DNA of 64,000 nucleotides from an uncultured Curvibacter sp. (GTDB taxonomy: Bacteria; Pseudomonadota; Gammaproteobacteria; Burkholderiales; Burkholderiaceae_C): the NCBI GenBank assembly GCA_963996595.1, contig CAXEHU010000097.1, positions 35,593 to 99,592 of the forward strand. The letters run 5' to 3'. Shown piece after piece: positions 1 to 9,459 of this stretch. The stretch's first letter is position 1. Each line of letters opens with the position of its first letter. The position numbers were made by a program, and so were the translations under genes. The notes under the pieces are model-generated. The model was not told the DNA's origin. It saw nothing but the letters and a program-made list of their open reading frames with translations, and made no database searches.

Positions 1-783
1 GATCAACGCATAGCCGCCGTCGGCGCAGCGGTAGGCATTGGTCGGCGCGATGCCCGGCATGGCACTGCCCGCCGGCCCGCGCACCGCGCCAAAGGCGCTG
101 TACTCGGGCAAGAGACTCTCCATGCAGTTGAACACGGCCTCGTAGAGCGCCACGTCGATCACCTGGCCGCGCCCCTTGGGCGCCTCCGGCGAGACGGTGG
201 CGTGCCGGTGCTGCAAGGCCAGCAGGATGCCGATCACCCCGTGCAGCGAGGCCAGCGTGTCGCCGATGGACACGCCCACGCGCACCGGCACCCGCCCGGG
301 CTCGGCCGTCAGATGCCGCATGCCGCCCATGGCCTCGGCCACCACGCCAAAGCCTGGCCGGTCACGGTAAGGCCCGGTCTGCCCATAGCCGCTGATGCGC
401 AGCATCACGAGCCCGGGGTTGAGCGCCTGCAGGGCCTCGGGCCCCAGGCCCCAGCCCTCCATGGCACCGGGGCGGAAGTTCTCGATCAGCACATCGGCCT
501 CGGCGGCGAGCTTGCGCACGATGTCCTGCGCCTCGGGCTGCTTCAGGTCGAGCGCCAGCGAGCGCTTGTTGCGCGACTGCACCTGCCACCAGACCGAGGT
601 GCCGTCCTTGAGCAAACGCCATTTGCGCAGCGGATCGCCCGCACCGGGTGGCTCGATCTTGATCACGTCGGCACCGAAGTCGGCCAGGGTCTTGGCCGCG
701 AAGGGCCCGGCGATGAGCTGGCCCAGCTCGACCACCTTCAGCCCGAGGAGCGGGCCGCGCGGCTTGTTGTCTTGAGTCTCCAT
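1..783 (-). CDS. Family III CoA-transferase (CaiB/BaiF-type). N-terminal 261 codons only; the C-terminus lies beyond the left window edge.
   Basis: Absent from the ORF track because no stop lies inside the window. The reverse complement from the ATG at 783 reads METQDNKPRGPLLGLKVVELGQLIAGPFAAKTLADFGADVIKIEPPGAGDPLRKW..., a typical CaiB/BaiF N-terminus. The frame is open to position 1 and GC3-rich. Confidence 0.85.
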   Translation of the reverse strand, partial: METQDNKPRGPLLGLKVVELGQLIAGPFAAKTLADFGADVIKIEPPGAGDPLRKWRLLKDGTSVWWQVQSRNKRSLALDLKQPEAQDIVRKLAAEADVLIENFRPGAMEGWGLGPEALQALNPGLVMLRISGYGQTGPYRDRPGFGVVAEAMGGMRHLTAEPGRVPVRVGVSIGDTLASLHGVIGILLALQHRHATVSPEAPKGRGQVIDVALYEAVFNCMESLLPEYSAFGAVRGPAGSAMPGIAPTNAYRCADGGYALI

Positions 784-824
784 GACACGCATGCTACCCT
801 CGTGCGCACCCGACCGAGAAGACC

Positions 825-1151
825 ATGCTCTACAAGTTCAAGTCCCGCGCCACCCCCGATCTCATCATGCTCGAGCCCAACGGCCGGCGCGTGCTGCAGA
901 TCGTGGGCAAGTACGACGAAGACCGGCGCGGCATCCTGCAGGTGGCCGAGATGCCCGCGGCCATCGCCGCGCTGGAAGCCGCCATCACCCAGGAAGAGGC
1001 CGAACGCCGCGCGGCGGAAGCCGAGGCAGCTGCCCGGGGCGAGGAACTGCCCGAGCAGGAGGGGGTCAGCCTACGCCAGCGCGCCACGCCCTTCATCGAG
1101 ATGCTGCGCCGCTGCCAGGCTGCGAACAAAGAAATCGTCTGGGGCGTCTGA
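825..1151 (+). CDS. Small conserved protein, DUF1840-like
   Basis: 108-aa ORF starting MLYKFKSRATPDLIMLEPNGRRVLQIVGK, which I recognise as the DUF1840-type N-terminus. GC3-rich. Divergent from the CoA-transferase gene. Confidence 0.7.
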   Translation: MLYKFKSRATPDLIMLEPNGRRVLQIVGKYDEDRRGILQVAEMPAAIAALEAAITQEEAERRAAEAEAAARGEELPEQEGVSLRQRATPFIEMLRRCQAANKEIVWGV

Positions 1152-1191
1152 CCTAAGGCCACGCGAACGAAGGCATACCACGAGAGCGAAA

Positions 1192-1279
1192 ACGCCATCG
1201 CGGAACGCCGTGGAACCGGCTTTGCCGGGCCACTGGCGTTGTCCCCTTGAGGGGAAGCGGCGTCAGCCGCTCAGGGGTG
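1192..1279 (+). repeat. Structured intergenic REP-like element, copy 1
   Basis: The core at 1192-1236 matches 7009-7053 at 43 of 45 positions (hand aligned). It folds as AACGCC-GTGG-..CCGGC-TTT-GCCGG..-CCAC-GGCGTT, followed by a CCCC..GGGG hairpin. It lies between convergent genes. Confidence 0.8.
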
Positions 1280-1295
1280 CATCCGATGACCGGGG

Positions 1296-2276
1296 TTAAT
1301 CTACCTTCGCGCCGGAAGCCTTGACGACGGCCGCCCACTTCACGTGCTCGGCGTCGATGAAACGCGTGAACTCCTGCGGGCTGATGCCGCCAGGAATCGC
1401 GCCCTGGGCCAGCAGGCGCTCCTGCACACCCGGGGTGGCCAGGGCCTTCGCGGTTTCCTGCTGGATGCGGTTGACGATATCGGCCGGGGTACCGGCCGGC
1501 GCGAGCAGGCCGAACCAGCTGCTGGCCTCGAAGCTCTTGAGCTTGCCAGCCTCCTCCACCGTGGGCACGTCGGGCAGTGCGTTGGAGCGCTGCGCGCTGG
1601 TGACGGCAAAGGCCTTGAGCTTGCCCGACTTGATGTGCGGCATGGAAGAGGGCAGGTTGTCGAACATCACATCCATATTCCCCCCCACCATGTCCAGCAG
1701 CGCCGGGCCCGAGCCACGGTAGGGAATGTGGGTCATGAAGGTCCCGGTCATGGACTTGAACAGCTCGCCCGCCAGGTGGATGGAGGTGCCGTTGCCACTG
1801 GACGCCATGTTGAGCTTGCCCGGGTTGGCCTTGGCGTACTGGATGAAATCGGCCACCGTGTTGATGTTGAGGGCCTTGGCCCTGTCGGCGTTCATGACCA
1901 TCACATTCGGCACACCGGCCACGAGCGTGATGGGCGCGAAATCCTTCTGCGGCTCGTAGGGCAGCTTGGCGTAGAGCGCCTTGTTGATGCCGTGTGTGCC
2001 CACCGTGCCCATGAGCAGGGTGTAGCCGTCGTTGGGCGACTTGGCCACCACCTCGGCCCCCAGGTTGCCGCCCGCGCCCGCGCGGTTCTCGACGATGAAG
2101 GACTGGCCAAAGGCCTTGCTCAGCTCCGGCGCGATCGCGCGCGCCAGGATGTCCGTGGTGCCGCCCGGCGCGAAGGGCACGACGATCTTCACGGGCTTGT
2201 TCGGCCAGGCCCCCTGGGCCCAGACCGCGGGGGCACAGGCCAGCAGGGCGGCGGCGATGAGATGGCGACGGTTCAT
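1296..2276 (-). CDS. Bug-family (TctC-like) tripartite tricarboxylate transporter substrate-binding protein
   Basis: 326 aa with a signal peptide ([21 protein letters not shown]) followed by [19 protein letters not shown], the hallmark Bug/TctC N-terminal motif. Confidence 0.9.
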   Translation of the reverse strand: MNRRHLIAAALLACAPAVWAQGAWPNKPVKIVVPFAPGGTTDILARAIAPELSKAFGQSFIVENRAGAGGNLGAEVVAKSPNDGYTLLMGTVGTHGINKALYAKLPYEPQKDFAPITLVAGVPNVMVMNADRAKALNINTVADFIQYAKANPGKLNMASSGNGTSIHLAGELFKSMTGTFMTHIPYRGSGPALLDMVGGNMDVMFDNLPSSMPHIKSGKLKAFAVTSAQRSNALPDVPTVEEAGKLKSFEASSWFGLLAPAGTPADIVNRIQQETAKALATPGVQERLLAQGAIPGGISPQEFTRFIDAEHVKWAAVVKASGAKVD

Positions 2277-2473
2277 GTTGGGGGTCTCCTCTTGTTTGAT
2301 CGGGTCAGTGTAGGGAGAGGACTGGCTTCTGTGACCTAGGGTTTGTCTCGGTGTTTGTCGCCTGGGCTACGGTCTCCTCTGACGCAGGGGGTTAGCGCGC
2401 ATCTTTTGAGCAAAAGTCGTTGATTCACGAAGGTGCCGCTTTTGGGGCCAGTTGAACGCCACGAGCACGCCTG

Positions 2474-3382
2474 TCAGGAGCGCGTCGACGTCATAGCACT
2501 CCTGAGCCACTTCAACAATGCCGTACGCCTGGCGTCTTGCTCCAGGGGTGTGGGTGAGAGAACGACATATTCGCTTCCGTCCGCAACAAAACCAAATGGC
2601 GCCACCAAACGATCCTCCCGCAGATCTGCCTCGACCATGAACTCTGACGCGATGGCCACGCCCAAGCCAGAGCTTGCAGCCTGTAAGCTGAGATAGAAGT
2701 GTTCGTAGTGCTCATCACCAGAACTGAGCACACTGCGCGAACTGAGCTCGCTCCAACGCACCCACGCATCAGGACGGGTGCGGGTATGCAGCAGGCGTAC
2801 GGCGTCACCTTTGCGGAGGCGACGCCAAACTTCACGCGTGCACACCGGACCGACTCTTTCAGCGGTCACAGTTTCCACGCAACACTGACCGCCCGTTTGA
2901 AAGTCATTCCGGCGCAGCGCCAGGTCGACTTGTTGCCGAGCGAAATCTACCGCCCCCCCTGCGGTGAGCAAATGAATTTCGTAGTCTGGGTACTCAGACC
3001 GGAACTCCGGAAGCCTGGGCACGAGCCAGCGTATGGCGATGGTCGGCTCGCATGACAAAACGAGCGGTCTGAGGGTCTGGTCCTGAGCCCGAACCTCGTG
3101 AACGGCCCGGGACAAGTCCCGCATGACCTTCTGGGACGCGGCGAAAAGCGTTCGCCCCTGTGGCGTCAGAAATACGGCCCGATTACGCCTCTCAAACAGC
3201 GCCACACCCAGTGAAGCCTCCAGCTGCTTCACCTGCCGACTGACCGCGCCATGGGTCACGCAGAGCTCTTGGCTCGCCATCACAAAGCTTTGATGCCGAG
3301 CAGCCGCCTCGAACACCCTGAATGCGTTCATGGGGGGGAGTCGGGAGGCAAGGGACTTTATTTGTGATTTTTTCTCACTCAT
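2474..3382 (-). CDS. LysR-family transcriptional regulator (GcvA-like subgroup)
   Basis: RLPPMNAFRVFEAAARHQSFVMASQELCVTHGAVSRQVKQLE is a GcvA-type winged-HTH N-terminus. Divergent from a LysE exporter gene. GC is lower than in the neighbouring genes. Confidence 0.9.
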   Translation of the reverse strand: MSEKKSQIKSLASRLPPMNAFRVFEAAARHQSFVMASQELCVTHGAVSRQVKQLEASLGVALFERRNRAVFLTPQGRTLFAASQKVMRDLSRAVHEVRAQDQTLRPLVLSCEPTIAIRWLVPRLPEFRSEYPDYEIHLLTAGGAVDFARQQVDLALRRNDFQTGGQCCVETVTAERVGPVCTREVWRRLRKGDAVRLLHTRTRPDAWVRWSELSSRSVLSSGDEHYEHFYLSLQAASSGLGVAIASEFMVEADLREDRLVAPFGFVADGSEYVVLSPTPLEQDARRTALLKWLRSAMTSTRS

Positions 3383-3497
3383 TTTGATCAGAATAAATCG
3401 ATTTTCCAGCCATGTACATAGAGGAAAAATAGGCGCTTCAGGGGTACATCTTTTTCAATTGAGTGAATCAGACTCACATTATTGAGGGGTTTTCTTT

Positions 3498-4106
3498 ATG
3501 TTCGAACTCATCGCCGTCGCAAGCATCACGCTGCTGGCGGTCATCAGTCCCGGGGCGGACTTTGCGATGGTCACTCGAAACAGTCTGCTGCACGGCCGAC
3601 AAGCCGGATTGCTGGCTGCTGCAGGCATCGCAGCCGGCGTCCAGTTGCATGTCCTCTACTCGATGCTGGGCGTGGCTGTCCTGATCCAGCAGTCACCTGA
3701 ATGGTTTTCCGCCATCAAAGTCTGCGGCGCCCTGTACCTCATGTATGCGGGATATCAAACATGGAGCAGCGCCACCCTTAGAGCACGCGGCGAGAGGTTT
3801 GTCGCTCATGAACTGGGACGATGGAAAGCGCTGAGCGCTGGTTTTTTTACCAACGCACTGAATCCAAAAACCACGCTCTTCGTGCTGAGCGTTTACAGCC
3901 AGGTCATTGAGCGCAATACCCCTGTGGCGGTTCAAATCGGGTACGGGCTGTTTATGTCTGCGACACATGCAGTCTGGTTCAGCGTGGTCGCAGTATTCTT
4001 TTCAGAATCTACCCTGCGGCAGCGGATGTTGCAGCATCAGAAGACGCTCAATCGCTTCATTGGCATCGCCCTAGGCGGCTTGGGCATGACATTGGCCCTG
4101 TCGTGA
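3498..4106 (+). CDS. LysE/RhtB-family amino-acid exporter
   Basis: 202 aa, polytopic. ISPGADFAMV and FFTNALNPKTTLF are typical of LysE/RhtB translocators. GAGGGG RBS upstream. Confidence 0.85.
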   Translation: MFELIAVASITLLAVISPGADFAMVTRNSLLHGRQAGLLAAAGIAAGVQLHVLYSMLGVAVLIQQSPEWFSAIKVCGALYLMYAGYQTWSSATLRARGERFVAHELGRWKALSAGFFTNALNPKTTLFVLSVYSQVIERNTPVAVQIGYGLFMSATHAVWFSVVAVFFSESTLRQRMLQHQKTLNRFIGIALGGLGMTLALS

Positions 4107-4556
4107 CCGCAACCTTCGTATTCGACTTTGTACCGCCGCAAGCGGAATGCACGTCGCGCCCCGCCCGCTTAAAACCATCAACCGACAGGCCACGCACAGG
4201 AGGTCGCACGGCCCGGGCATTTTCGCGCTGCCCCTGAAGGCGGCAGTGGTCAGCTAAGCCTGCTCACACCTGGCCATGGCGACGCAGCAGGGATTGTTGT
4301 GTCGCCATGCCCCGCGCTTCGACACCGCACCCTTGCGCCCCAACCAGAAGCCGCAGCCAGTGCCTTGCGCGGGCCCCACGCAAATCTGCGGTGCGAAAGA
4401 GGTACGCCGAGTGCCCGGCGCTTGTCGCCCCAAGCTCCCCCGAAGACCCATGCTACGGCACGCTTGCGGCGGCGGCTAGTTTCCTCGTTGGAAGCTTGAA
4501 AAGCTCGACGGTAATGGGTTTGAAATGACTCAAGCCATCGGCTTGTTAGTGTCCGC

Positions 4557-4586
4557 AGAAAAAAGAAAAGCCACCCGCAGGTGGCC
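4557..4586 (-). terminator. Rho-independent terminator downstream of the Bug gene at 4617..5591
   Basis: The minus strand reads GCCACC-TGCG-GGTGGC followed by TTTTCTTTTTTC. Confidence 0.75.
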
Positions 4587-4616
4587 TTTCGTCCGCAGCG
4601 CAGAACGCTGAACAGA

Positions 4617-5591
4617 TCAGTCCGCGTAAACGCCAGCCGCCTTGAGCACCGGGCTCCACTTGGCAATCTCGTCCGCGACGAACTTCTTGTGCTCGGCCGC
4701 CTCGACGCGCTTGTCGGTCACGACCACGGCACCCAGGCCCTCCTGCTTCTTGATGAACTCGGCATCCTTGAGGGCGGCCTTGAGCGCGGTGTTGAGCTTG
4801 GTCACCACGTCGGCGGGCGTGCCCTTGGGAGCGTACAGGCCGTGCCAGATGGTCACTTCAAAGCCCTTGAGGCCCGATTCCTGCAACGTGGGCAGGTCCT
4901 TGAGCGCGGGCGGGGACAGACGCTTGGCCGTGGTCACCGCATAGGCCTTGACCTTCTTGGCCTCGATCTGGCCGCTGGTGTTGGTGGTCTGGTCGCACAG
5001 CAGGTCGATCTGGCCGCCCAGCAGGTCGGTCATCGCCGGACCGGTACCCTTGTAAGGCACGGTGGTCATGTCGATCTTGAGGGCGTTCTGGAACATCAGG
5101 CCACAGAGGTGGGATGCCGCGCCGATGCCGGCATTGCCCAGGTTGACCTTGGCCTTGTTCTCGTTGATCCAGACCAGCAGCTCCTTGAAGTTGTTGGCCG
5201 GCAGCCCGGGCTTGCCGATCAGCGTCATGGGCACATCATTGACCATGCCCAGGTACTCGAAGTCGGTCTCGACCTTGAAGGGCAGGTTGCGCACCAGGGT
5301 GGGCATGGTGGCCATGCCGATGTGGTGCAGCAGCAGGGTGTGGCCGTCCGGGGCAGCCTTGGCGACCTTGTTGGCGCCGATGGAGCCGCCGGCACCAGCG
5401 GCGTTGTCCACCACGATGGTGGCACCGCCCAGGGGCTTGCGCAGCGCTTCAGCCAGGTCACGGGCCACGCGGTCGGTCGGGCCACCGGCCGAGAAGGGCA
5501 CAACGATGGTGATGGGCTTGGAGCCCGGGAAGGACTGGGCCTGGGCCGTTAGGGCGGTGACGGCAGCGGCAAGCAGTAGCAGACGTTTCAT
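4617..5591 (-). CDS. Bug-family (TctC-like) substrate-binding protein
   Basis: Signal peptide MKRLLLLAAAVTALTAQAQ followed by FPGSKPITIVVPFSAGGPTD. Confidence 0.9.
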   Translation of the reverse strand: MKRLLLLAAAVTALTAQAQSFPGSKPITIVVPFSAGGPTDRVARDLAEALRKPLGGATIVVDNAAGAGGSIGANKVAKAAPDGHTLLLHHIGMATMPTLVRNLPFKVETDFEYLGMVNDVPMTLIGKPGLPANNFKELLVWINENKAKVNLGNAGIGAASHLCGLMFQNALKIDMTTVPYKGTGPAMTDLLGGQIDLLCDQTTNTSGQIEAKKVKAYAVTTAKRLSPPALKDLPTLQESGLKGFEVTIWHGLYAPKGTPADVVTKLNTALKAALKDAEFIKKQEGLGAVVVTDKRVEAAEHKKFVADEIAKWSPVLKAAGVYAD

Positions 5592-5679
5592 GGTGCTTCC
5601 TCCAAAAGATGCGGGGAAGTCTAATGCCGGGTCCGCGCCCTGCCATCTCGGAAACTACTTAGTCACAGCTGGCGCCATC

Positions 5680-6948
5680 TTATTTGTAACTGCGTGCATC
5701 CTCGATCACCTTGCCGTCATTGGGCAGGGTACCGGGCAGCACCAGCTCCACCTCGCCACGCAGCTTGGTGACGTCGCGCACGGTGTCGGCCAGGCGCAGC
5801 GCCAGCTCACCGGGTCCGCTGCACTCGGTTTCAACCCTGAGCGTCATGCGGTCATCGGCCATCTCGCCGCTCACCACCAGGCGCCCCCGCCCGGCCTCGG
5901 GGTGACGGCGCAGGATCTCGGCCACCTGCCCCGGATGCACGAACATGCCGCGGACCTTGGTCGTCTGGTCGGCGCGACCCAGCCAACCGCGGATGCGCGT
6001 GTTGCTGCGCCCCGTGGGACAGGGCCCGGGCAGCACAGCCGAGAGATCACCGGTGCCGAAGCGGATCAGCGGGTAGTCCGGATTGAGCACCGTGACCACC
6101 ACCTCGCCGACCTCGCCCTCGGGCACGGGGTCACCGGTGCCGGGGCGCACGATCTCCAGGATCACGTCCTCCTCCAGCACCAGGCCCTCGCGCGCGGAAG
6201 TCTCGTAGGCGATGAGCCCGGCGTCGGCCGTGGCATAGGCCTGGTAGGCCGTGATGCCGCGCTCGCTCAGCCAGTCGCGCAAGCTGGGCGGAAAGGCCTC
6301 GCCGCTGAGCAGGGCCTTGGTGATGGAGAGCTTCTGCCCCGCCTCGGCCGCCTTCTCGACCAGGATCTTGAGAAAGCTCGGCGTACCCGCGTAAGCCACG
6401 GGCTTCAGGTCGGCGATGGCCGCGAGCTGCTGCTCGGTGTTGCCCGTGCCGCCGGGGAAGACCGTGCAGCCCAGCGCGTGGGCGCCGGCCTCCATGATCC
6501 AGGCGCCGGGCGTGAGGTGGTAGCTGAAGCAGTTGTGCACCAGATCCCCGGCCTCGAATCCGGCCGCTGCGAAGGCACGCGCGCTGCGCCAGTAGTCGAT
6601 GGCATGGCCCTCGGGCTCGTAGATCGGGCCCGGCGACTGGAAGACCCGCCGCGCGCCCTTGTCACGCAGCAGCCCGCGCCAGCCGATGGCCGCAAAGCCC
6701 CCCAGCGGATCACCGCCCGCGGCACGTGCCGCCTGCTGGCGCGCCAGCAGCTCGTGCTTGCGTGTCACCGGCAGCCGGGCCAGCATGGTGCGGCTGATCA
6801 CCGCCGCCGCGTCCACCCCGCGCAGGATCTCGGCAAAGGCCGGCGCCATGCGCTGCGCCTGCGCCACATGGTCGGGCAAGGCCGCCATCAGCGCGGCTTC
6901 GCGCTGCGCCGGATCGCGCGTCTCGAGTGCGTCGTAGTGTTTGCTCAT
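5680..6948 (-). CDS. Phenylacetate-CoA ligase-like (PaaK/F390-synthetase family) adenylate-forming enzyme
   Basis: 422 aa. The overall PaaK-like pattern is present (..YAGTPSFL.., ..GLIAYE.., ..IRFGTGDLS.., ..GRADQTTKVRGMFVHPGQV..). It sits at the end of a Liv-type ABC operon, a frequent arrangement. Confidence 0.8.
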   Translation of the reverse strand: MSKHYDALETRDPAQREAALMAALPDHVAQAQRMAPAFAEILRGVDAAAVISRTMLARLPVTRKHELLARQQAARAAGGDPLGGFAAIGWRGLLRDKGARRVFQSPGPIYEPEGHAIDYWRSARAFAAAGFEAGDLVHNCFSYHLTPGAWIMEAGAHALGCTVFPGGTGNTEQQLAAIADLKPVAYAGTPSFLKILVEKAAEAGQKLSITKALLSGEAFPPSLRDWLSERGITAYQAYATADAGLIAYETSAREGLVLEEDVILEIVRPGTGDPVPEGEVGEVVVTVLNPDYPLIRFGTGDLSAVLPGPCPTGRSNTRIRGWLGRADQTTKVRGMFVHPGQVAEILRRHPEAGRGRLVVSGEMADDRMTLRVETECSGPGELALRLADTVRDVTKLRGEVELVLPGTLPNDGKVIEDARSYK

Positions 6949-7008
6949 CTCAATCGTCCCTGTTACGTGCTCGGTCTTGCGCCGAGGTGTCTTGATCGGG
7001 AACGCCGT

Positions 7009-7090
7009 GGAACCGGCTTCGCCGGGCCACTGGCGTTGCCCCCTGCAAGGGGGGTGGCGTAGCGAACGTAGGGAGCGGAGCCTGGGGGTG
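7009..7090 (+). repeat. Structured intergenic REP-like element, copy 2
   Basis: Same orientation and same double-hairpin design as 1192-1279, with 43/45 identity over the core. It lies between the livF-like stop and the PaaK-like start. Confidence 0.8.
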
Positions 7091-7098
7091 AGCCATGT

Positions 7099-7908
7099 TC
7101 ATGCAAGCCAGCGCTTGCGGCGCTTGTAACTCTTCACGTCACGGAAACTCTTGCGCTCCCCCCCGCCCATGCCTAGGTAGAACTCCTTCACGTCCTCGTT
7201 GCTGGCCAGGTCACTGGCGGCGCCGTCCATCACGATGCGGCCCGACTCCATGATGTAGCCGTAGTCCGCGTACTTGAGCGCCATGTTCGTGTTCTGCTCG
7301 GCCAGCAGGAAGGTGACCTGCTCCTTGGCGTTGAGGTCCTTCACGATCTCGAACACCTCCTCGACGATCTGCGGCGCCAGCCCCATGGAGGGCTCGTCCA
7401 GCAGCACCATGCTGGGATTGGCCATGAGGGCGCGGCCGATGGCGCACATCTGCTGCTCGCCGCCCGAGGTGTAGGCGGCCTGCGAAGTGCGCCGCGTCTT
7501 GAGCCGCGGGAAGTAGGTGTAGACCTTCTCCAGGTTGGCGGCGATCTCGGCCTTGTTCTTGCGCGTGTAGGCGCCGGTGAGCAGGTTCTCCTCGATGGTC
7601 AGGTGGGCAAAGCAGTGCCGCCCTTCCATGACCTGCACCACGCCGCGCTGCACCAGATCGGCCGGCGTCAGGTTCTCGATGCGCTCGCCGCGCAGCTCGA
7701 TGCTGCCCTTGGTCACCTCGCCGCGCTCGCCCTTGAGCAGGTTGGAGATGGCGCGCAGCGTCGTGGTCTTGCCCGCGCCATTGCCCCCGAGCAAGGCCAC
7801 GATGCCCCGCTCGGGCACCTGCAGCGACACCCCCTTGAGCACGAGGATCACATGGTTGTAGATCACCTCGATGCCGCTGACGTTCAGAACGATGTTTTTG
7901 GAGTCCAT
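7099..7908 (-). CDS. Branched-chain-amino-acid-type ABC transporter ATP-binding protein (LivF-like)
   Basis: Walker A GGNGAGKTT, signature SGGEQQ, Walker B LLDEPS. Start trimmed to the ATG at 7908 (MDSKNIV), which has GGAAGAG upstream. The longer ORF-track extension is Pro/Arg-rich junk. Confidence 0.9.
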   Translation of the reverse strand: MDSKNIVLNVSGIEVIYNHVILVLKGVSLQVPERGIVALLGGNGAGKTTTLRAISNLLKGERGEVTKGSIELRGERIENLTPADLVQRGVVQVMEGRHCFAHLTIEENLLTGAYTRKNKAEIAANLEKVYTYFPRLKTRRTSQAAYTSGGEQQMCAIGRALMANPSMVLLDEPSMGLAPQIVEEVFEIVKDLNAKEQVTFLLAEQNTNMALKYADYGYIMESGRIVMDGAASDLASNEDVKEFYLGMGGGERKSFRDVKSYKRRKRWLA

Positions 7909-8039
7909 AAGAATCTCTTCCTGACCAGATGAAAGACCCGCGCCAGCGGCCCTTTCATCTGGCGGCTCCAGATGGAGCCGCCGCCCCTCCCGCCGGGCGG
8001 GAGGGGTTGGGGAGGGTGCCAACAGAACAGCGCTTCAGC

Positions 8040-8072
8040 GCTGACTGTCAGTCCTCAAGACTGACAGTCAGC
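8040..8072 (-). other. Perfect 14-bp-stem hairpin spanning the stop codon of the binding-protein gene
   Basis: GCTGACTGTCAGTC-ctcaa-GACTGACAGTCAGC. The TGA stop (8055-8057) lies in the loop. There is no T-run. Confidence 0.7.
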
Positions 8073-9392
8073 GCCCGTGCGCCGCGTCAGCTTCTTCTCC
8101 GCCGCGTACTTGTCGGCCGCGTTCTTCACCATGGGCTTGATGATCTGCTCGTCGGCCTGGTACCAGTCGGAACTCCAGACGAACTTGCTGCCGTCCCAGG
8201 TGTGCACGCGGGCCCAGGAGGCGCCCATGTGGTCCTGGCAGCTGGTGGAGATGGGACGCATCACGCCCTTGAAGCCCAGTGCGTCCAGCTTGGCCTGCGT
8301 GAGGTTCAGGTTCTCATAACCCCAGCGCGCCTGCTCGCCGGTCATGACCTTGCCCTTGCCATAGCGCTCCTGCGCCGCCCGCACGCCTTCCACGGCAAAC
8401 ATGGCCGCCTGCAGACCGCGCATGTAGAGCACCTGGCCCACTTCTTCCTTCGGGCCCGTGCCCTGGCCCTTGGCATGCACCTTGTCCAGGATCTCCTTGA
8501 CCACGGCGGCGTTCGGCTCGGCGCCGTGCTGCATCATGATGGCGTTGTAGCCCTTGGCGCCCTGGCCCACGTCCTTGACGTCGGGTTCGGCACCGGCCCA
8601 CCACACGCCGTACATCTTCTCGCGCGGATAGCCCGTGGCCTGGGCCTCCTTGAGGGCGGTGGAGTTCATCACACCCCAGCCCCAGTTGAGCACGTAGTCG
8701 GGGCGGTTCTGGCGGATCTGCAGCCAGGTGGCCTTCTGCTCCACACCCGGATGGGTCACGGGCAAGAGGCTGAGCTGGAAGCCGTGCATGGCCGCGCGCT
8801 CCTGCAGCAGCGGGATGGGCTCCTTGCCGAAGGGGCTGTCGTGGTAGACCAGCGCGATCTTCTTGCCCTTGAGCTTGTCGTAGCCGCCCTCCTGCTTGGC
8901 GATGTGCTGGATCAGCACGTCGGCCGCCACCCAGTAGGTGCCGGAGAGCGGGAAGTTCCACTTGAAGACCATGCCGTCCTGGCTCTCGCTGCGGCCGTAG
9001 CCGGCGGTGATCAGCGGAATCTTGTCGGTCGGGGCCTTCTCGGTCAGCGCGAAGGTGATGCCCGTGGACAGCGGCTGGAACACCGTGGCGCCACCGTTCT
9101 TGCCCTTGAGGCGCTCGTAGCACTCCACACCCCGGTCGGTGGCGTAGCCGGTCTCGCACTCCTCGAAGGAGACCTTCACGCCGTTGATGCCGCCGCGCGC
9201 ATTGGTGAGCTTGAGGTAGTCCACATAGCCGTTCGCGAAAGGCACGCCGTTGGGCGCGTAGGCGCCGGTGCGGTAGACCAGCACCGGGAAGAACTGTTCC
9301 TTGGCCTGCGCGAACGCGGCCGTGGAAGTGAGCGCGCCCGCGGCGGCGGCGGCCGTCAGCGCGGTGGCAAGAGCGAGTTGACGAAGCTTCAT
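8055..9392 (-). CDS. Liv-type ABC transporter periplasmic substrate-binding protein
   Basis: Signal peptide MKLRQLALATALTAAAAAGALTSTAAFAQA followed by a type-I PBP-like sequence. Start trimmed to the ATG at 9392. Confidence 0.9.
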   Translation of the reverse strand: MKLRQLALATALTAAAAAGALTSTAAFAQAKEQFFPVLVYRTGAYAPNGVPFANGYVDYLKLTNARGGINGVKVSFEECETGYATDRGVECYERLKGKNGGATVFQPLSTGITFALTEKAPTDKIPLITAGYGRSESQDGMVFKWNFPLSGTYWVAADVLIQHIAKQEGGYDKLKGKKIALVYHDSPFGKEPIPLLQERAAMHGFQLSLLPVTHPGVEQKATWLQIRQNRPDYVLNWGWGVMNSTALKEAQATGYPREKMYGVWWAGAEPDVKDVGQGAKGYNAIMMQHGAEPNAAVVKEILDKVHAKGQGTGPKEEVGQVLYMRGLQAAMFAVEGVRAAQERYGKGKVMTGEQARWGYENLNLTQAKLDALGFKGVMRPISTSCQDHMGASWARVHTWDGSKFVWSSDWYQADEQIIKPMVKNAADKYAAEKKLTRRTGADCQS

Positions 9393-9459
9393 GGTGTGTC
9401 TCCTAAGTAGGTGGTGGTTGAAGCAGGCGGGAAAACTCTCAAAACAAATGGGGGCGGCA

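Noticed and set aside
4250-4666. A 138-aa ORF (-) and several 65-73-aa ORFs in the 4.1-4.6 kb gap as candidate small genes.
   Set aside because: Their composition is implausible (Arg/Trp/Cys/Pro-rich), they show no GC3 periodicity, and they overlap the terminator and the 3' end of the Bug gene. I treat the region as non-coding; see the finding at 4107-4616.
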